From Anaeramoeba ignava BMAN (taxonomy: Eukaryota; Protista; Anaeramoebae): 64,000 nucleotides of DNA. The stretch's first letter is position 1. Each line of letters begins with the position of its first letter. Positions 13,901 to 27,690 of this stretch are shown here, piece after piece. The notes beneath the pieces are model-generated. The model did no database searches. It saw nothing but the letters and a program-made list of their open reading frames with translations, and had not been told where the DNA came from. The stretch spans positions 1,116,001-1,180,000 of the forward strand of contig JAPDFW010000070.1 in the NCBI GenBank assembly GCA_028826165.1. The letters run 5' to 3'. The position numbers and the translations under genes were made by a program.

Positions 13901-14274
13901 AAAACGAAAAAAAAAGATATTCAATGATTCTTTCCTCAAATTATATCTATTTTTTTCAAGAAGAAGAAGAGAAATGGCCTTCTTTATTTAGACAATATTA
14001 TTCAAAAAAGAATCAGTCCAAAAAGCCATTTACTCCAACAATAAAATCACTTGAATGCTTTTCTTTAGAATATTTCGAAGTTGAACAATCTTTGCAAAAT
14101 CATTCAATTATTAAACTTTTAATGAACACAGGAAATCAAAATGAAGATTTGAATAATTTGATTAACATAAATCTACAAATTGATTCATTTTATGAAAGAA
14201 GAGAGTTTATCAATCATTTAAAAAAAATTTATCGTTCAACTTTACAAATTGATTTATCAATTAAATTTTTTTGA
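7909..14274 (+). CDS. Large ubiquitin-like + LRR + acidic/NQ low-complexity + nischarin/STK11IP-like C-terminal protein
   Basis: Exon 1 has a ubiquitin-like pattern (QLEINPKSSIIQIKKLI..KLIFNSQDL). Introns at about 8216-8289 and 10462-10527 keep the frame. LRRs (LQELSLEE, ITELNLSNCNL, LQKLDISNNYI). The C-terminus IGYNKQYVLMWF..YILLTRGKTKTDFLIQKL resembles nischarin/STK11IP PH-like tails. Several frameshifts lie in the repeat region 11160-13140. Confidence 0.55.
11830..13270 (+). repeat. Hexamer satellite AAAATC/AAAATG/AAATTG encoding NQ/NE/IE tracts
   Basis: Direct reading; lies within the LRR gene. Confidence 0.85.
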
Positions 14275-14387
14275 AAATTAAATCAAATCAAATCAAATCA
14301 AATCAAAATGTTTAAATTGTTTAAAAGATTTCCTTTCATTTTATTTTATTTTCCTCTTATATTTGGAAAGGCTAAGAAATAATTATT

Positions 14388-15941
14388 TTAATATCTTCCC
14401 TGTATCATTCTTCTTCTTCTTCGGAGATCTAAAAGATAAAAATATAATATAACACAAGATAATGAGAAAAACACAAGATAATATGGAATAAAAACATAAG
14501 AAATATGATTAAATTTTGAAAGTTCCAAATAGCAAACCATCAAAACTTCAAGAATAGTTGAAGGTAAATCAACAATTAATCCAAAAGCAAAAATAAATGC
14601 AGCAATCAATCCAATAGAATCATCTTCATCTTCTCGAATTTTAGAAGAGAAAAATAAGAGCATTGAAGAATTACAAATGAAAAGAGGAAGAAAAACAATT
14701 GCATAATTCCAATCAATTTTATCATCCAATTTTAATCCCAAAAATATCAGAAATAGTAGCAAGGCAATAAAATCAAATAAAACCACGAATAAGAAAATAG
14801 AAAAATGCAAAAAAGTTGCGATAATTGATGGCATTATCAAAAAAAAGAATATAATTAAAAGAGGAATAAAAATAAGAATCCAATAACATTTAAGAATTGA
14901 TTGAGCTCTTAATCCAATTAAAAGAACTTGAACAAAAATCATTAATAAAACCAAAATAAAAGCATATGTTGAAGGTTGTGGATAAGGTTCCACTATTTTC
15001 ATTATAATATTTGAAATAATCATTAAGAATAAAGGTATCAATAAAGGAATAAATGTGTAAATAACTTTGTAATCTCCTTTTCCTTCAAGATGAATATTTA
15101 AAGTAACCAAAAAGATCAAGAATCCAATTAATAAAAGATATAAAGAAAACAAAAATAAATTCGATACTCTTTGATAAACCCTAATTTTTTTCAATCTTTC
15201 TTTTTCTCTTTCTTGATTTTTTTTAATAATTTTTTCTTTTTCTTGAAGTTGATGATTTAATTGCATAAAATTTGAAATTAAATATTGTTTAGGATTTTCC
15301 AAATTATTTATAAAAGATAATCTTTGATTTTCTTCTAAATTGGAATTAGGTTCTTTTTTATTATTTGATTCAATAAGGTCTCTTAGTTGTATTTCTTTAT
15401 CTCTTAAATCATTATTATCATTATTATCATTATTATCATTATTATCATTATTTTCATTTTCATTTTCATTTTGATTTTGATTTTGATTTTGAATTTTGGG
15501 AAATTCTTTAAGATTGCCTAAAACCCTAATTGAATCAGAATATGATGAATTTAAATCTCCATTTAATTGAAGAGTATCCCAAATAAATGCATAATTATAA
15601 TTTAATGAAATTATTCTCCAAGTATTTCTATCTTCTGTTAATTCATTTATATATTTGCATGTTAATCCAAATCTAATTAAATCACCTGGTGAAAGAAATT
15701 GAAAAATATAAAGAAGAACTTTTTATTTTTATTTGAAATTAATTTTTTAATTTAAATTTTTTTTTTTTTAAAACAAACTATCTTCATTAAGCATTTCAAT
15801 AATTAAATTATTTTCATTTGAAGGTGTTTTTAATTTTTCAGGAATTTCATTAAATCTTCCAAATTTTGCATTTTCTAAATGATTTAATTCTAAAACTGCA
15901 TATTCTTTATTTTGAAATTCAATAAAGTTTATTTTCTCCAT
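14388..15941 (-). CDS. F-box + TMEM185/FAM11A-like multipass membrane protein, copy A (intact, 497 aa)
   Basis: Exons 15941-15779 and 15718-14388 with a 60-nt GT-AG intron. F-box EMLNEDILLYIFQFLSPGDLIRFGLTCKYINELTEDRNTWR; TMEM185 repeats LGLKLDDKIDWNYAIVFLPLF and CYWILIFIPL. Confidence 0.8.
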
Positions 15942-15995
15942 TTTTTTAAAAAGAAAAATAAAAAGAAAAAAATGAAAAATGAAAAATTAAAAAAA

Positions 15996-17509
15996 TTAAT
16001 AAAGAGAATATCGATCATCTATTCTTTTTCTTAAGATTGATGAAAGACAAGAACAACACATAAAACAACCCAAAATGAATAATAAAAGATAATATGGAAT
16101 AAAAACATAAGAAATATGATTAAATTTTGGAGTTTCTAAAAAGCAAACTAAAAAAATTTCAAAAACAGTTGAAGGTAAATCAATAATGAATCCAAAAGCA
16201 AAAAGAAAACCAAAAAACAATCCAGAAGAAGGATCAAACTCGTTAAATATAGGAGGAATAAAAATCAAGAAAGGAGAAACATTAAAAATGAAAAGAGGAA
16301 GAAAAACAATAGCATAATTCCAATTGATTTTATCATCCAATTTCAATCCCAAAAATATCACAAATAATATCAACAGAACAAAATCAAATATAAAAACAAT
16401 ACGTGAATTGGAGAATTCTTCAATAATTGAAAGCACATTAATAACTATGAAAAAAAAGAATATAATTAAAAGAGGAATAAAAATAAGAATCCAATAACAT
16501 TTAAGAATTGATTGAGTTCTTAATCCAATTAAAAGAACTTGAATAAAAACTATAATTAAATGTATGAGATAGAAATATCCAGATTTGTTGGAATAAGGTT
16601 CAAATATTATAAGTAGAATATTTGTAATAATCATTAAGAATAAAGGTATCAATAAAGGAAAAAATGTGTAAATAACTTTATAATTTCCTTTTCCTTCAAG
16701 ATGAATATTTAAAGTAATCAAAAATATCCAAAATCCAATAATTAGAAGGTATATAGTAAATACGAATAATTGATTTATGTTTTCTTGAATACTTTGTTTT
16801 CTATTGAAATTTTTTTGTCTTTTTTTGTTTTTTTCAATAATTTTTTCTTTTTCTTGAAATTTTTGATTTAATTCTCCAAATTTTGAAATTAAATATTGTT
16901 TTGGATTTTCTAAATTATTTATAAAATGTATTCTTTCGTTTTTGTTGAATCAATATTGAATTCTTCTTGATCATTTAATAATAAAGGTTGATTCAATCCT
17001 GTTTCATTTTCTAAATTTTCATTTTGATTTTGAATTTCAATTTCATTTTCATTTTGAATTTTGGGAAATTCTTTAAGATTGCCTAAAACCCTAATTGAAT
17101 CAGAATATGGTGAATTTAAATCTCCATTTAATTGAAGAGTATCCCAAATAAATGCATAATTATAATTTAATGAAATTATTCTCCAAGTATTTCTATCTTC
17201 TGTTAATTCATTTATATATTTGCATGTTAATCCAAATCTAATTAAATCACCTGGTGAAAGAAATTGGAAAATATAAAGAAGAACTTTTTATTTTTATTTG
17301 AAATTAATTTTTTAAGTTAAATTTATTTTTTATTTTTAAAACAAACTATCTTCATTAAGCATTTCAATAATTAAATTATTTTCATTTGAAGGTGTTTTTA
17401 ATTTTTCAGGAATTTCATTAAATCTTCCAAATTTTGCATTTTCTAAATGATTTAATTCTAAAACAAAATATTTTTTTTGCTTTTTTTTAATAAAGTTTAT
17501 TTTCTCCAT
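15996..17509 (-). CDS. F-box + TMEM185-like protein, copy B (1-nt homopolymer frameshift near 16940)
   Basis: Same ATG context, intron and F-box as copy A. T5 versus T6 in copy C at about 16939. The TM domain is in ORF 15996-16721. Confidence 0.75.
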
Positions 17510-17550
17510 TTTTTTAAAAAGAAAAAAATGAAATTTTGAAAATTAAAAAT

Positions 17551-19061
17551 TTAATAAAGAGAATAATTATCATATCTTCTTCTTTTTCTTCGAATTGATA
17601 AAAGACAAGAACAACACATAAAACAACCCGAAATGAATAATAAAAGATAATATGGAATAAAAACATAAGAAATATGATTAAATTTTGGAGTTTCTAAAAA
17701 GCAAACTAAAAAAATTTCAAAAACAGTTGAAGGTAAATCAATAATCAATCCAAAAACAATAAGAAATCCAAAAAACAATCCAGAAGAATCATTTAAAAGT
17801 TCATCAAATTTATGAGAAAAAAACAAGAAAGGAGAAACATTAAAAATGAAAAGAGGAAGAAAAACAATAGCATAATTCCAATTGATTTTATCATCCAATT
17901 TCAATCCCAAAAATATCACAAATAATATCAACAGAACAAAATCAAATATAAAAACAGTATATGAATTGATAAACTCTTTAGTAATTGAAAGTACATTAAG
18001 AATTAAGATAATAAAAAATATAATTAAAAGAGGAATAAAAATAAGAATCCAATAACATTTAAGAATTGATTGAGCTCTTAATCCAATTAAAAGAATTTGA
18101 ACAAGAGTTATAATAAAAAATATGATAAATGTATTCAGATCCGTTGGAATAAGATTCAAATATTATAAGTAGAATATTTGTAATAATCATTAAGAATAAA
18201 GGTATCAATAAAGGAAAAAATGTGTAAATAACTTTATAATTTCCTTTTCCTTCAAGATGAATATTTAAAGTAATCAAAAATATCCAAAATCCAATAATTA
18301 AAAGAACTAAAAGAACAGACAATAATTGTCTTAGTTTTGCTTGAATACTTTGTTTTCTATTGAAATTTTTTTGTCTTTTTTTGTTTTTTTCAATAATTTT
18401 TTCTTTTTCTTGAAATTTTTGATTTAATTCTCCAAATTTTGAAATTAAATATTGTTTTGGATTTTCTAATTTATTTATAAAATGTATTCTTTCGTTTTTT
18501 GTTGAATCAATATTGAATTCTTCTTGATCATTTGATAATAAAGGTTGATTCAATCCTGTTTCATTTTCTAAATTTTGATTTTCATTTTCATTTTCATTTT
18601 CAATTTCAATTTTGGGATAATTTTTAACACTTCCTATAACTCTAATTGAATCAAAATATGGTGAAGTTAAATTTCCATTTAATTGAAGAGAATCCCAAAT
18701 AAATGCATAATTATAATTTAATGAAATTATTCTCCAAGTATTTCTATCTTCTGTTAATTCATTTATATATTTGCATGTTAATCCAAATCTAATTAAATCA
18801 CCTGGTGAAAGAAATTGGAAAATATAAAGAAGAACTTTTTATTTTTATTTGAAATTAATTTTTTAAGTTAAATTTATTTTTTTATTTTTAAAACAAACTA
18901 TCTTCATTAAGCATTTCAATAATTAAATTATTTTCATTTGAAGGTGTTTTTAATTTTTCAGGAATTTCATTAAATCTTCCAAATTTTGCATTTTCTAAAT
19001 GATTTAATTCTAAAATAAAATATTTTTTTCTTTGAAGTTCAAAAAAGTTTATTTTCTCCAT
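17551..19061 (-). CDS. F-box + TMEM185-like protein, copy C (frameshift near 18125)
   Basis: Same architecture as copies A and B. Overlapping ORFs 18059-18553 and 17551-18159 join by one frameshift. Confidence 0.75.
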
Positions 19062-19178
19062 TTTTTTTTTGTTTTAAATTTTTTTTTTTTGATGGAATTA
19101 AAAAGAGAAAAGAAGTAGAAAAAAGAAAAAAAATGAAATTTTCAAAAATCAATTAAAAAAAAAATATAATTTTGAAAA

Positions 19179-20579
19179 TTAATTTTTCTTCTCTTCTTGA
19201 TTAGACAAAAATTGAGCTAATTGTTGTTTTTGATTTTCAACAACTTGAGAAATTTCATTTAATGATTTCCAAAGATTTGCATTTTCTAATTTCAACTTAT
19301 TAGAATTTTTTTTTATTGATTCCAATTCTACTAATCTTCTTTGGAGATGAGTTTCTAATTCTTCATATTTTTTTTTATAATTTTCTGATTGAGCTTTAAG
19401 TTTTGTCATTGAGTCTTCAATTTTTTTTTGGAATGATTCAACAACATCAGTATGAATTTGAGAGATTTCATTAAGACCTTTAATAACATTCCTTTCAATA
19501 TTTGGATTATCAACTGCTCTAATTTTTTCTTTAAGTGAATCAACAGTTTGACTTATTTTATCCTATTAAAAAAAATTTGAATTAAAAAAAAAAGCCAAAA
19601 AAAAAAAAGTGGATTAAAAAAAAATTTTTTTTTTCAGTTAAATTTTTCAGTTTAAATTTACTGTTTCTGAAACAATCATTAAACTAAATGTTTGATTCTT
19701 TTTTTCTTCTTTTGCAATTGTATTTAATGGTGAAGAATTTTCAGTGTCTTGAGGACTTATAGAATCAGAAAAAACAGTTTCAGGAAAATCTTCTGGATCT
19801 GAAGAAAAAATTTCTGCATTAAGTAATCTTTGACTTGGAGCAATTTTTTTAACTAAAAAATAAAAGTAAAAAAAAATAAAAAAAAAATAAAAAGAAAAAA
19901 ATTTCGAATTTAGAATTTTTTTTCTCCTTTTTTTTCTCTTTTTTTTTGCTTTTTTTGCTTTACCAGAATCTTCTTGAGAATCAAGTGGTTGATCAATCTT
20001 TCTCATAATTGCTTGTGTTATTAATTTCCCTCCAAAATTAATTGGAGTAATCCAAGAATGAACCCAAAATTCTTGACCTTTAAAAGTACGACATAAAAAA
20101 TCATTATCAACCATTCCATCTCTAAAATAAAAAATAATAAAAATTAAAATAAAATAAAATAAAAGAATAAAAAATAAATAAGTCAAAAATTAAATAAGAA
20201 AGAAAGCAAAAAAATTTTTTTTGATTTGTTGAAAAAATTAAACAAAAAAAAAATAAGTGAAAAATTTTGTTGTTTTAAAATTAAAAAAATTTTTGAATAC
20301 AAACTTAAAAGCTTTTTCTAGCAAAAGTCTCGTTGCAGTTTGTGTATCAGTTTTTAAATGAGGTTGATAGTCAGGAGTTAAACCAAAATTTTGAGATTGT
20401 TTCATAAAAACTTTTGAATTTCTTAAACCAAACATTTTTGCAGTTCGACCGTTTGCAAGATAAATCTTTCCTGTTTCATCAAGAAGAAGTACACATTCTT
20501 TAGATCTTCTAACTTGTTTTTCATATTTTTTAGTGTGTTCTTTAGAAACTGTGTGTTGTGCAAATTTTACGTTCCCCAT
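19179..20579 (-). CDS. PAS-domain protein with C-terminal coiled coil, 4 exons
   Basis: Exons 20579-20305, 20121-19964, 19852-19662 and 19562-19179 splice in frame. PAS motifs CVLLLDETGKIYLANGRTAKMFG and DFLCRTFKGQEFWVHSWITPI..TQAIMRKI, then a heptad-rich tail. Confidence 0.7.
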
Positions 20580-21684
20580 AAAATATTTCTCAAAAAAAAA
20601 ATAAAAATTTAAAATTAAACAATTAAAAAGATATTAAAAAAAAAATAAGAGAAGAAAAAAATAATAAATTTTTTGAGTGGTTTTTTTGTTTTTATAATTT
20701 GATCATTTTTTTTATTTTGAATTATTTTTTCTTATTAAATTTTTTTATTCGAAAAAGAAAAATGATCAAATCTTTTAATTTGAAATAAGAAAAAAAAATG
20801 AGAAAAACAAAGAAATTGGGTGATAAATCCAATTAAATTTTTTAATTTAAATTATTTTCTTTTTCCTTTTTTTTTTTTCTCGAGTCAGCAATATATTTAT
20901 TAGAATTATTATTTATTTTGGGATAAGATCTTTTGTGGAATTTTGTTGGAAATAATATTGTAAGTTAATTACTTTTATTTAAACTGTAAATTAAAATTGT
21001 TTAATAATTCAATTTATTTTGGATTTATATTTTTGTGGAATTTTTGTTGATCAGAAAAAAAAATTTTTTTAATATAAAAAAAAAGAGGGTTTTTTTTATT
21101 TTTGTTTTATTTTCGCATTTTTTTCCGTTATAAAAAAATAATTTTTATTATTTTAATTTCAAATAGATTCAAATAGTTTTAAATAATTTTAAATAATTTT
21201 AAATAATTTAATTATGATCCTGTATTTTTTTTGTTAATTTTTTGTAAGTAATTCTTAAATTAATTTTTAAATTAACGTAATTGTTTTTATTATTTATATT
21301 TTAAAAGGAAATTAATACTTTAAATTAATTATTTTTATTATTAAAATTTTAAAAATTAAAGAAATAGAAAAAATTTTTTTTTTTATTTGGAAAAATTTTT
21401 TAATCAATTTAATCAATAAAAAAAAAAAGGAAAATTTGAAATAAATTATTTAAAGAATAAAAATAAATAAAATTAGAAGTAATTCTTTATTTAATGTTGA
21501 ATTCAATTTTTTTATTTTTTCAATAACAAAAAAAAAACACAAAAATTATTAATTTTTTTTTCAAAATTACTAATTATCATTTTTTTTATTTTTTTTTTCA
21601 TTTTTTTTTTCATTTTTTTTCATTTTTTTTCTCTTTTAAAATTTAACTTCAATAAAAATAAAAATAAAAATAAATAAAAAAAAA

Positions 21685-24600
21685 ATGACTACTTTTGAAA
21701 AATTTCAAGAAATGCAAGGAGATGATGATGATGAGCAAATTCAATTTGTTCCTCATCCTCAAACAGAATCTGTAGTTAGAAAATAATAAAACCAAAATAT
21801 AAATCTAAATATAAATATAAAAACAAAATATAAATATAAATATAAATATAAATATAAATATAAATATAAATATAAATATAAATATAATTATAAATATAAA
21901 TATAAATATAAATATAAATATAAATATAAATATAAATATAAATATAAATTTAAAATATAAATATAAATATAAATATAAAATAAATATAAAATATAAATAT
22001 AAATATAAATATAAATATAAATATAAATATAAAATATAAAAAATATAAAATATAAACTAAATATAAATATAAATATAAATATATAAATATAAATATAAAT
22101 CATAAATATAATATAAATATAAATATAAATATAAATATAAATATAAATATAAATATAAATATAAATATAAATATAAATATAAATATTTAAAATATAAAAT
22201 ATGTAAAAATATAAATATAAAATATAAATATAAATATAAATATAAATATAAATATAAATATAAATATAAATATAAATATAAATATAAATATAAATATAAA
22301 TATAAATATAAATATAAATATAAATATAAATATAAATATAAATAATAAATATATAAATATAAATTATAAATATAAATATAAATATAAAATTAAAATTAAA
22401 ATTAAAATTAAAATTAAAATTAAAATTAAAATTAAAATTAAAATTAAAATTAAAATTAAAATTAAAATTAAAATTAAAATTCAAATTAAAATTAAAATTA
22501 AAATTAAAATTAAAATTAAAATTCAAATTAAAATTAAAATTAAAATTAAAATTAAAATTAAAATTAAAAAAATTAAAATTCAAAATAGAGAGAATTTCTT
22601 ACACAAACTCAAGAAATAGGAGGTGTTAGTCAAGATTTTGATCAATTATTTAAGACAGAACTTGATGATGAAGTACAAGAACCTCTTTTTGCTCGAAAAC
22701 CAATGAAAATGAATCCATCAGCAATTCAAATAAAATGTGCATGTTCTGCAGTAAATGTTGTTGCTTTTGCATTTGTTGATAATAGAGTAATTAGAATAGA
22801 AACAAATAGTAAAAATACTGAAGGTAAATTAAAATTAAAATTAAAATTAAATTTAAAAATTAAAATTAAAATTAAAATTAAAATTAAAATTAAAATTAAA
22901 ATTAAAATTAAAATTAAAATTAAAATTCAAAATTAAAATTAAAATTCAAATCAAAATTAAAATTAAAAATTAAATTAAAATTAATATTAATATTAAAATT
23001 AAAATAAAATTAAAATTAAAATTAAAATTAAAAATTAAAATTAAAATTAAAATTAAAATTAAAATTAAAATTAAAATTAAAATTAAAAAACAAATTAAAA
23101 ATTAAAATTAAAATTAAAATTAAAATTAAAATTAAAATTAAAATTAAAAATTAAATTAAAATTAAAATTAAAATTAAAATTAAAATTAAAATTAAAATTA
23201 AAATCAAAATTAAAATTAAAATTAAAATTAAAATTAAAATTAAAATTAAAAATTAAAAATTATTTAGAATTTGAAATTGCAAAAGGAAGAAGTGATTCTA
23301 TAATTAATAAAATTTTTATGGATCCAACTGGTTGTCATTTAATAGTTTCTTGTTCAACAGGAGAAAATTTTCATATTTTTAAACAAGATCAAAGAACAAA
23401 AGCACAAATTAAACATTTACAAAAATTTAAAGTAATATTTACAAATTAATTTATTAATATTTAGAAATTAATTAATTTTTTTTTAGAATTTAAAAATTGA
23501 AGTTATTGCTTGGAATTATCTCGCAGGAAAATCAATTTCTACAAAAGAAATTTTATTAGGATGTTATGATGGAACAATTTATGAAACTTGTTTAGAAAAA
23601 AAAGAATTATATTTAAAAGAGGTTAATAATTGATATTTGAATTAAATTAAAAATTAAATTAAAATTCATAATCTCTAGGTTTATAAATTGAAACCAGATC
23701 TAAATCAAAAAGAAAGTGATCCAATTACAGGACTTTATTTTGAAAAAGTTCCAAAATTAAATGCAATATATATTCTTGTTTCAACTTGGCGACAATTACA
23801 ACAATTTGTTGGTTTAACTTCTTTTGAAAATGTATTTAATAAATATGCATCAATAGAACCAGATACTCATGTTATGCCAAGTATTGGTCCAAGAATACAT
23901 AGTGAACTCCGAGTTTTTAGAGAAGATGGTATTGCAAAAAGTTTTAGTTGGCTTACAGAACCTGGTGTTTATCTTGCTGAACTTGAACCATCAAAAGAAA
24001 ATTTTAGTGAAAATAAAGTAGAAAAAATATTAATATAAATATATATATAAATATAAATATAAATATAAATATAAATATAAATATAAATATAAATATAAAT
24101 ATAAATATAAATATAAATATAAATATAAATATAAATATAAATATAAATATAAATATAAATATAAATATAAATATAAATATAAATATAAATATAAATATAA
24201 ATATAAATATAAATATAAATATAAATATAAATATTAATATTATTATTAATATAAATATTAATATAAATATAAATTATAAATATTATTATAAATATTATTA
24301 TAAATATTATTATAAATATTAATATTATTATAAAGGTTGTCAAAAAAGCAATTTTAGCTCATTATCCAAAATTAGACTCAGATTTATCAAGTGAAACACC
24401 TATATCTATACTTCAAACTCAATTCCATTTCTTTCTTGCTTATCCTGATAAAATTATTGCAATGTCAAGTATCACTCAAAAAATAATTCAAGATGACCAA
24501 AATTATGTATAATTTTGTTTATATTTTTTCCTCTTTCAAAAACAAAAATTAATTAAAAAGAAAAACAAACAAAAAATTGAAATAATTAGTTTAGTAACCC

Positions 24601-27014
24601 AAATCAAAAATTTATTGGATTTCTTGAAGATGAAAAAATGAAATGGATTTATTCTGGTGAATCATTATCAGTTATTTATATCAATAAAGAAGAACAAAAT
24701 TTATGGAGAATATACCTTGAAAAAAAGGAATTTGATAATGCATTGTGTTATGCAACTGTAAAAATAATATATATTTTTTTCGAAATATTAATATTTTTGA
24801 ATTGATTTTAAAAAAAATTTTTTTTTAATATTTGATCATCTCATTTCAAAGGAAAAATACCAAAGACAAATTATACTAAAAGAACAAGCAGATTCTTTTT
24901 ACGAACAAAAACAATACCAAAAAGCAGCATTAACTTATGCTAAAACTTATTATCCATTTGAAGATGTTGCGCTTCGATTTCTCTCAATCAACGATATCGA
25001 AGCATTGAAAATTTATTTATTACAAAAAATCGATAGCATTTCAAAAGATAATTACACTCAAGTAACACTTCTAAGCTCGTGGATAATTGAGATTTATCTT
25101 GAGCAATTAAACCAAGCGAATGAACTAAGAAAATTCCAAGAAAATAGAATACCTCAAATATCAAATGCGAAAAACATGGAAATAAATATCAATATTAATA
25201 TTAACAACGAAAACACAAATGAAAACACAAATGAAAACATAAGAAAAGAACAAAATCAATCCACTGCAGAAAAGGATTATATACGATTGCAAAGGGAATT
25301 CCATAATTTTCTGACTGAAAAACGGGACATTCTTCATCACCACACAACATTCAATTTAATCTGTAGTCGAGGATTAATTAAGGAATTACTTTTTTATGCC
25401 TCATTAATCAAGCAATATGAGGAGGTTATTTTGCATTATATTCAGCAAGGCGAATATTTAAAGGTTCTGGAAGTAATGAATGAAAGAGACTTTAGTTACA
25501 AGCACACAAAAGAGGAACTTTTCAATCAGAACGAGAAATTCAAGCGCAGAAATGAAGACATTTTATTCGAAGAAAGCAAGAAGCAAGAAATGATTGATCT
25601 AATCTATCGCTATTCTCCCATTTTAATGAGTCATGTCCCAGAAGAAACCGTGAATTTGTGGATGAGTCTCAACGATTTGGATCCCAAAAGATTACTTCCA
25701 GCGCTAATGAGATATGAACATCCCAAGGAAAACCCTGAAAAAACAAACCAAGCAATCCGATATCTCGAGTTTTGTGTGGCAAGACAGAGAAATCAAGACC
25801 CAGTGATACACAACTACTTGCTATCTTTATATGTAAATGAAGCCAAAAAAGAGCAAATAAAAAATCAAGAGAAAATGATTGAATTGAAGGAGGAACAAAA
25901 CGAAAATATAAACAATGAAAATAATGAAAATAACAACGAAAATAACAATAATCAAAAACCAGACAAAATGGATAAATCGCGATTTGAATCACAAACAAAT
26001 TTTATACAATCATATCAAAGCAAAGAAAAAACGGCTCACAGAAAACTGCTTTTTTTCCTTAATCCCCGATCACACACGTATTTCTATGATCTCAAATACG
26101 CGCTTCGTCTGTGCTCCAAAGCGCAAATAACAGAGGCTTGTGTGTTTATTTACAGTGAAATGGGACTTTATGACGAAGCCGTTGATCTTGCATTGGAAGT
26201 TGATGTTGAACTGGCAAAAATGCAAATTGAGAAAGTTATTGAAGACAATGTGCTGAGGAAAAAATTGTGGCTGAAAATCGCCAAGTTTGTGATCGAAGAT
26301 TACCAGGATATCAAACAAGCAATCAATTTTATTAAGGAATCTTCGGATTTGATCGGAATTGAGGATATTCTTCCGTTTATTCCTGAATTCTCATCAATCG
26401 ATGATTTCAAAAACGATATTTGTAACTCAATTGAGGGATACAACAAAAAAATTGAGGATTTACAAGTGCAAATGGACACATTGACCTCAACGGCAGAGGT
26501 CATTAGAAGCAACATGAAGGAACTTCGTAACGGATTCACTATCATCTCAAGTGACAAGAAATGTGACATCTGTTTTAATCCTATTCGATTCACAGATTTT
26601 GTTTCTTTTTCTTGTTCTCATGTTTTCCATTTTGAATGCTTTAAAAAATTAATGCTTGATTTTTATCTTTCTGACTCTCAAAAAAGAAAAGTTGAAATGT
26701 ATGAAAAGAAAATTGCTCAAGAATTAGAAGAAAAGGAAAAATTGAGGGAAATTAAAAAGGCAATTGAATTGGAAAAAAGTTCCAGATCAAAAAAGAAAAA
26801 AGTTCCTTTGGATTCTCAAGAAAATCAAATGACTGAATCTGAAATTTCGAGAAAAATGGAATCTATTCAAATTAATATTGAAAAATACAAAATGGTTTTA
26901 GAAGATATTTTACTTCAAGATTGTGTTATTTGTGGTGAAATAGTAATAAAATCAATATCTAAGCCTTTTGTTGATCCAAATGATGAAGAAAGAATAACTT
27001 CTTGGAAAGTTTAA
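21685..27014 (+). CDS. VPS18: Vacuolar protein sorting 18 (HOPS/CORVET core), 8 exons
   Basis: [66 protein letters not shown] and a C-terminal RING ([21 protein letters not shown]). All introns are GT-AG. Confidence 0.93.
21790..24330. repeat. Intronic (AAATAT)n and (AAAATT)n satellites in VPS18 introns 1, 2 and 5
   Basis: Direct reading. Confidence 0.9.
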
Positions 27015-27690
27015 TTTTAATTTAAAGCAATTTTAAACAAATTTAAAACAATTTTTAAACAAATTTTAAAACAAATTTAAATAATTTAAAACAATTTTAA
27101 AACAATTTTGAAACAAATTTATGAATTATTTAAAACAATTTTAAACAAATTTTTAAACAAATTTAAAACAATTTTAAAACAATTTTTAAAACAATTTTAA
27201 ACAAATTTTAAAACAAATTTTAAAATAATTTTTAAACAAATTTTTAAACAAATTTAAAACAATTTTAAAACAATTTTAAACAAATTTTAAAACAAATTTT
27301 TAAACAATTTTAAAACAAATTTTAAAACAAATTTAAAACAAATTTAAAAATAATTTTAAAACAATTTTTAAAACAATTTAAAACAAATTTAAATAATTTC
27401 TAAAACAATTTTAAAACAATTTTAAAATAATTTTTAAACAAATTTTTAAACAATTTTAAAACAAATTTAAAACAATTTTAAAACAAATTTAAAACAAATT
27501 TTTAAAACAATTTTAAACAAATTTGAAACAAATTTAAACAAATTTTTAACAAATTTAAAACAAATTTAAACAATTTTAAAACAAATTTAAACAATTTTAA
27601 AAAATTTTAAAACAAATTTTAAACAAATTTTTAAAACAAATTTAAAACAAATTTAAAACAAATTTATGAATTATTTAAAAGAAGATTTTA
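27015..27690. repeat. Degenerate ~11-mer (AAACAAATTTT) array between convergent VPS18 and GABA-T
   Basis: Direct reading. Confidence 0.85.
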
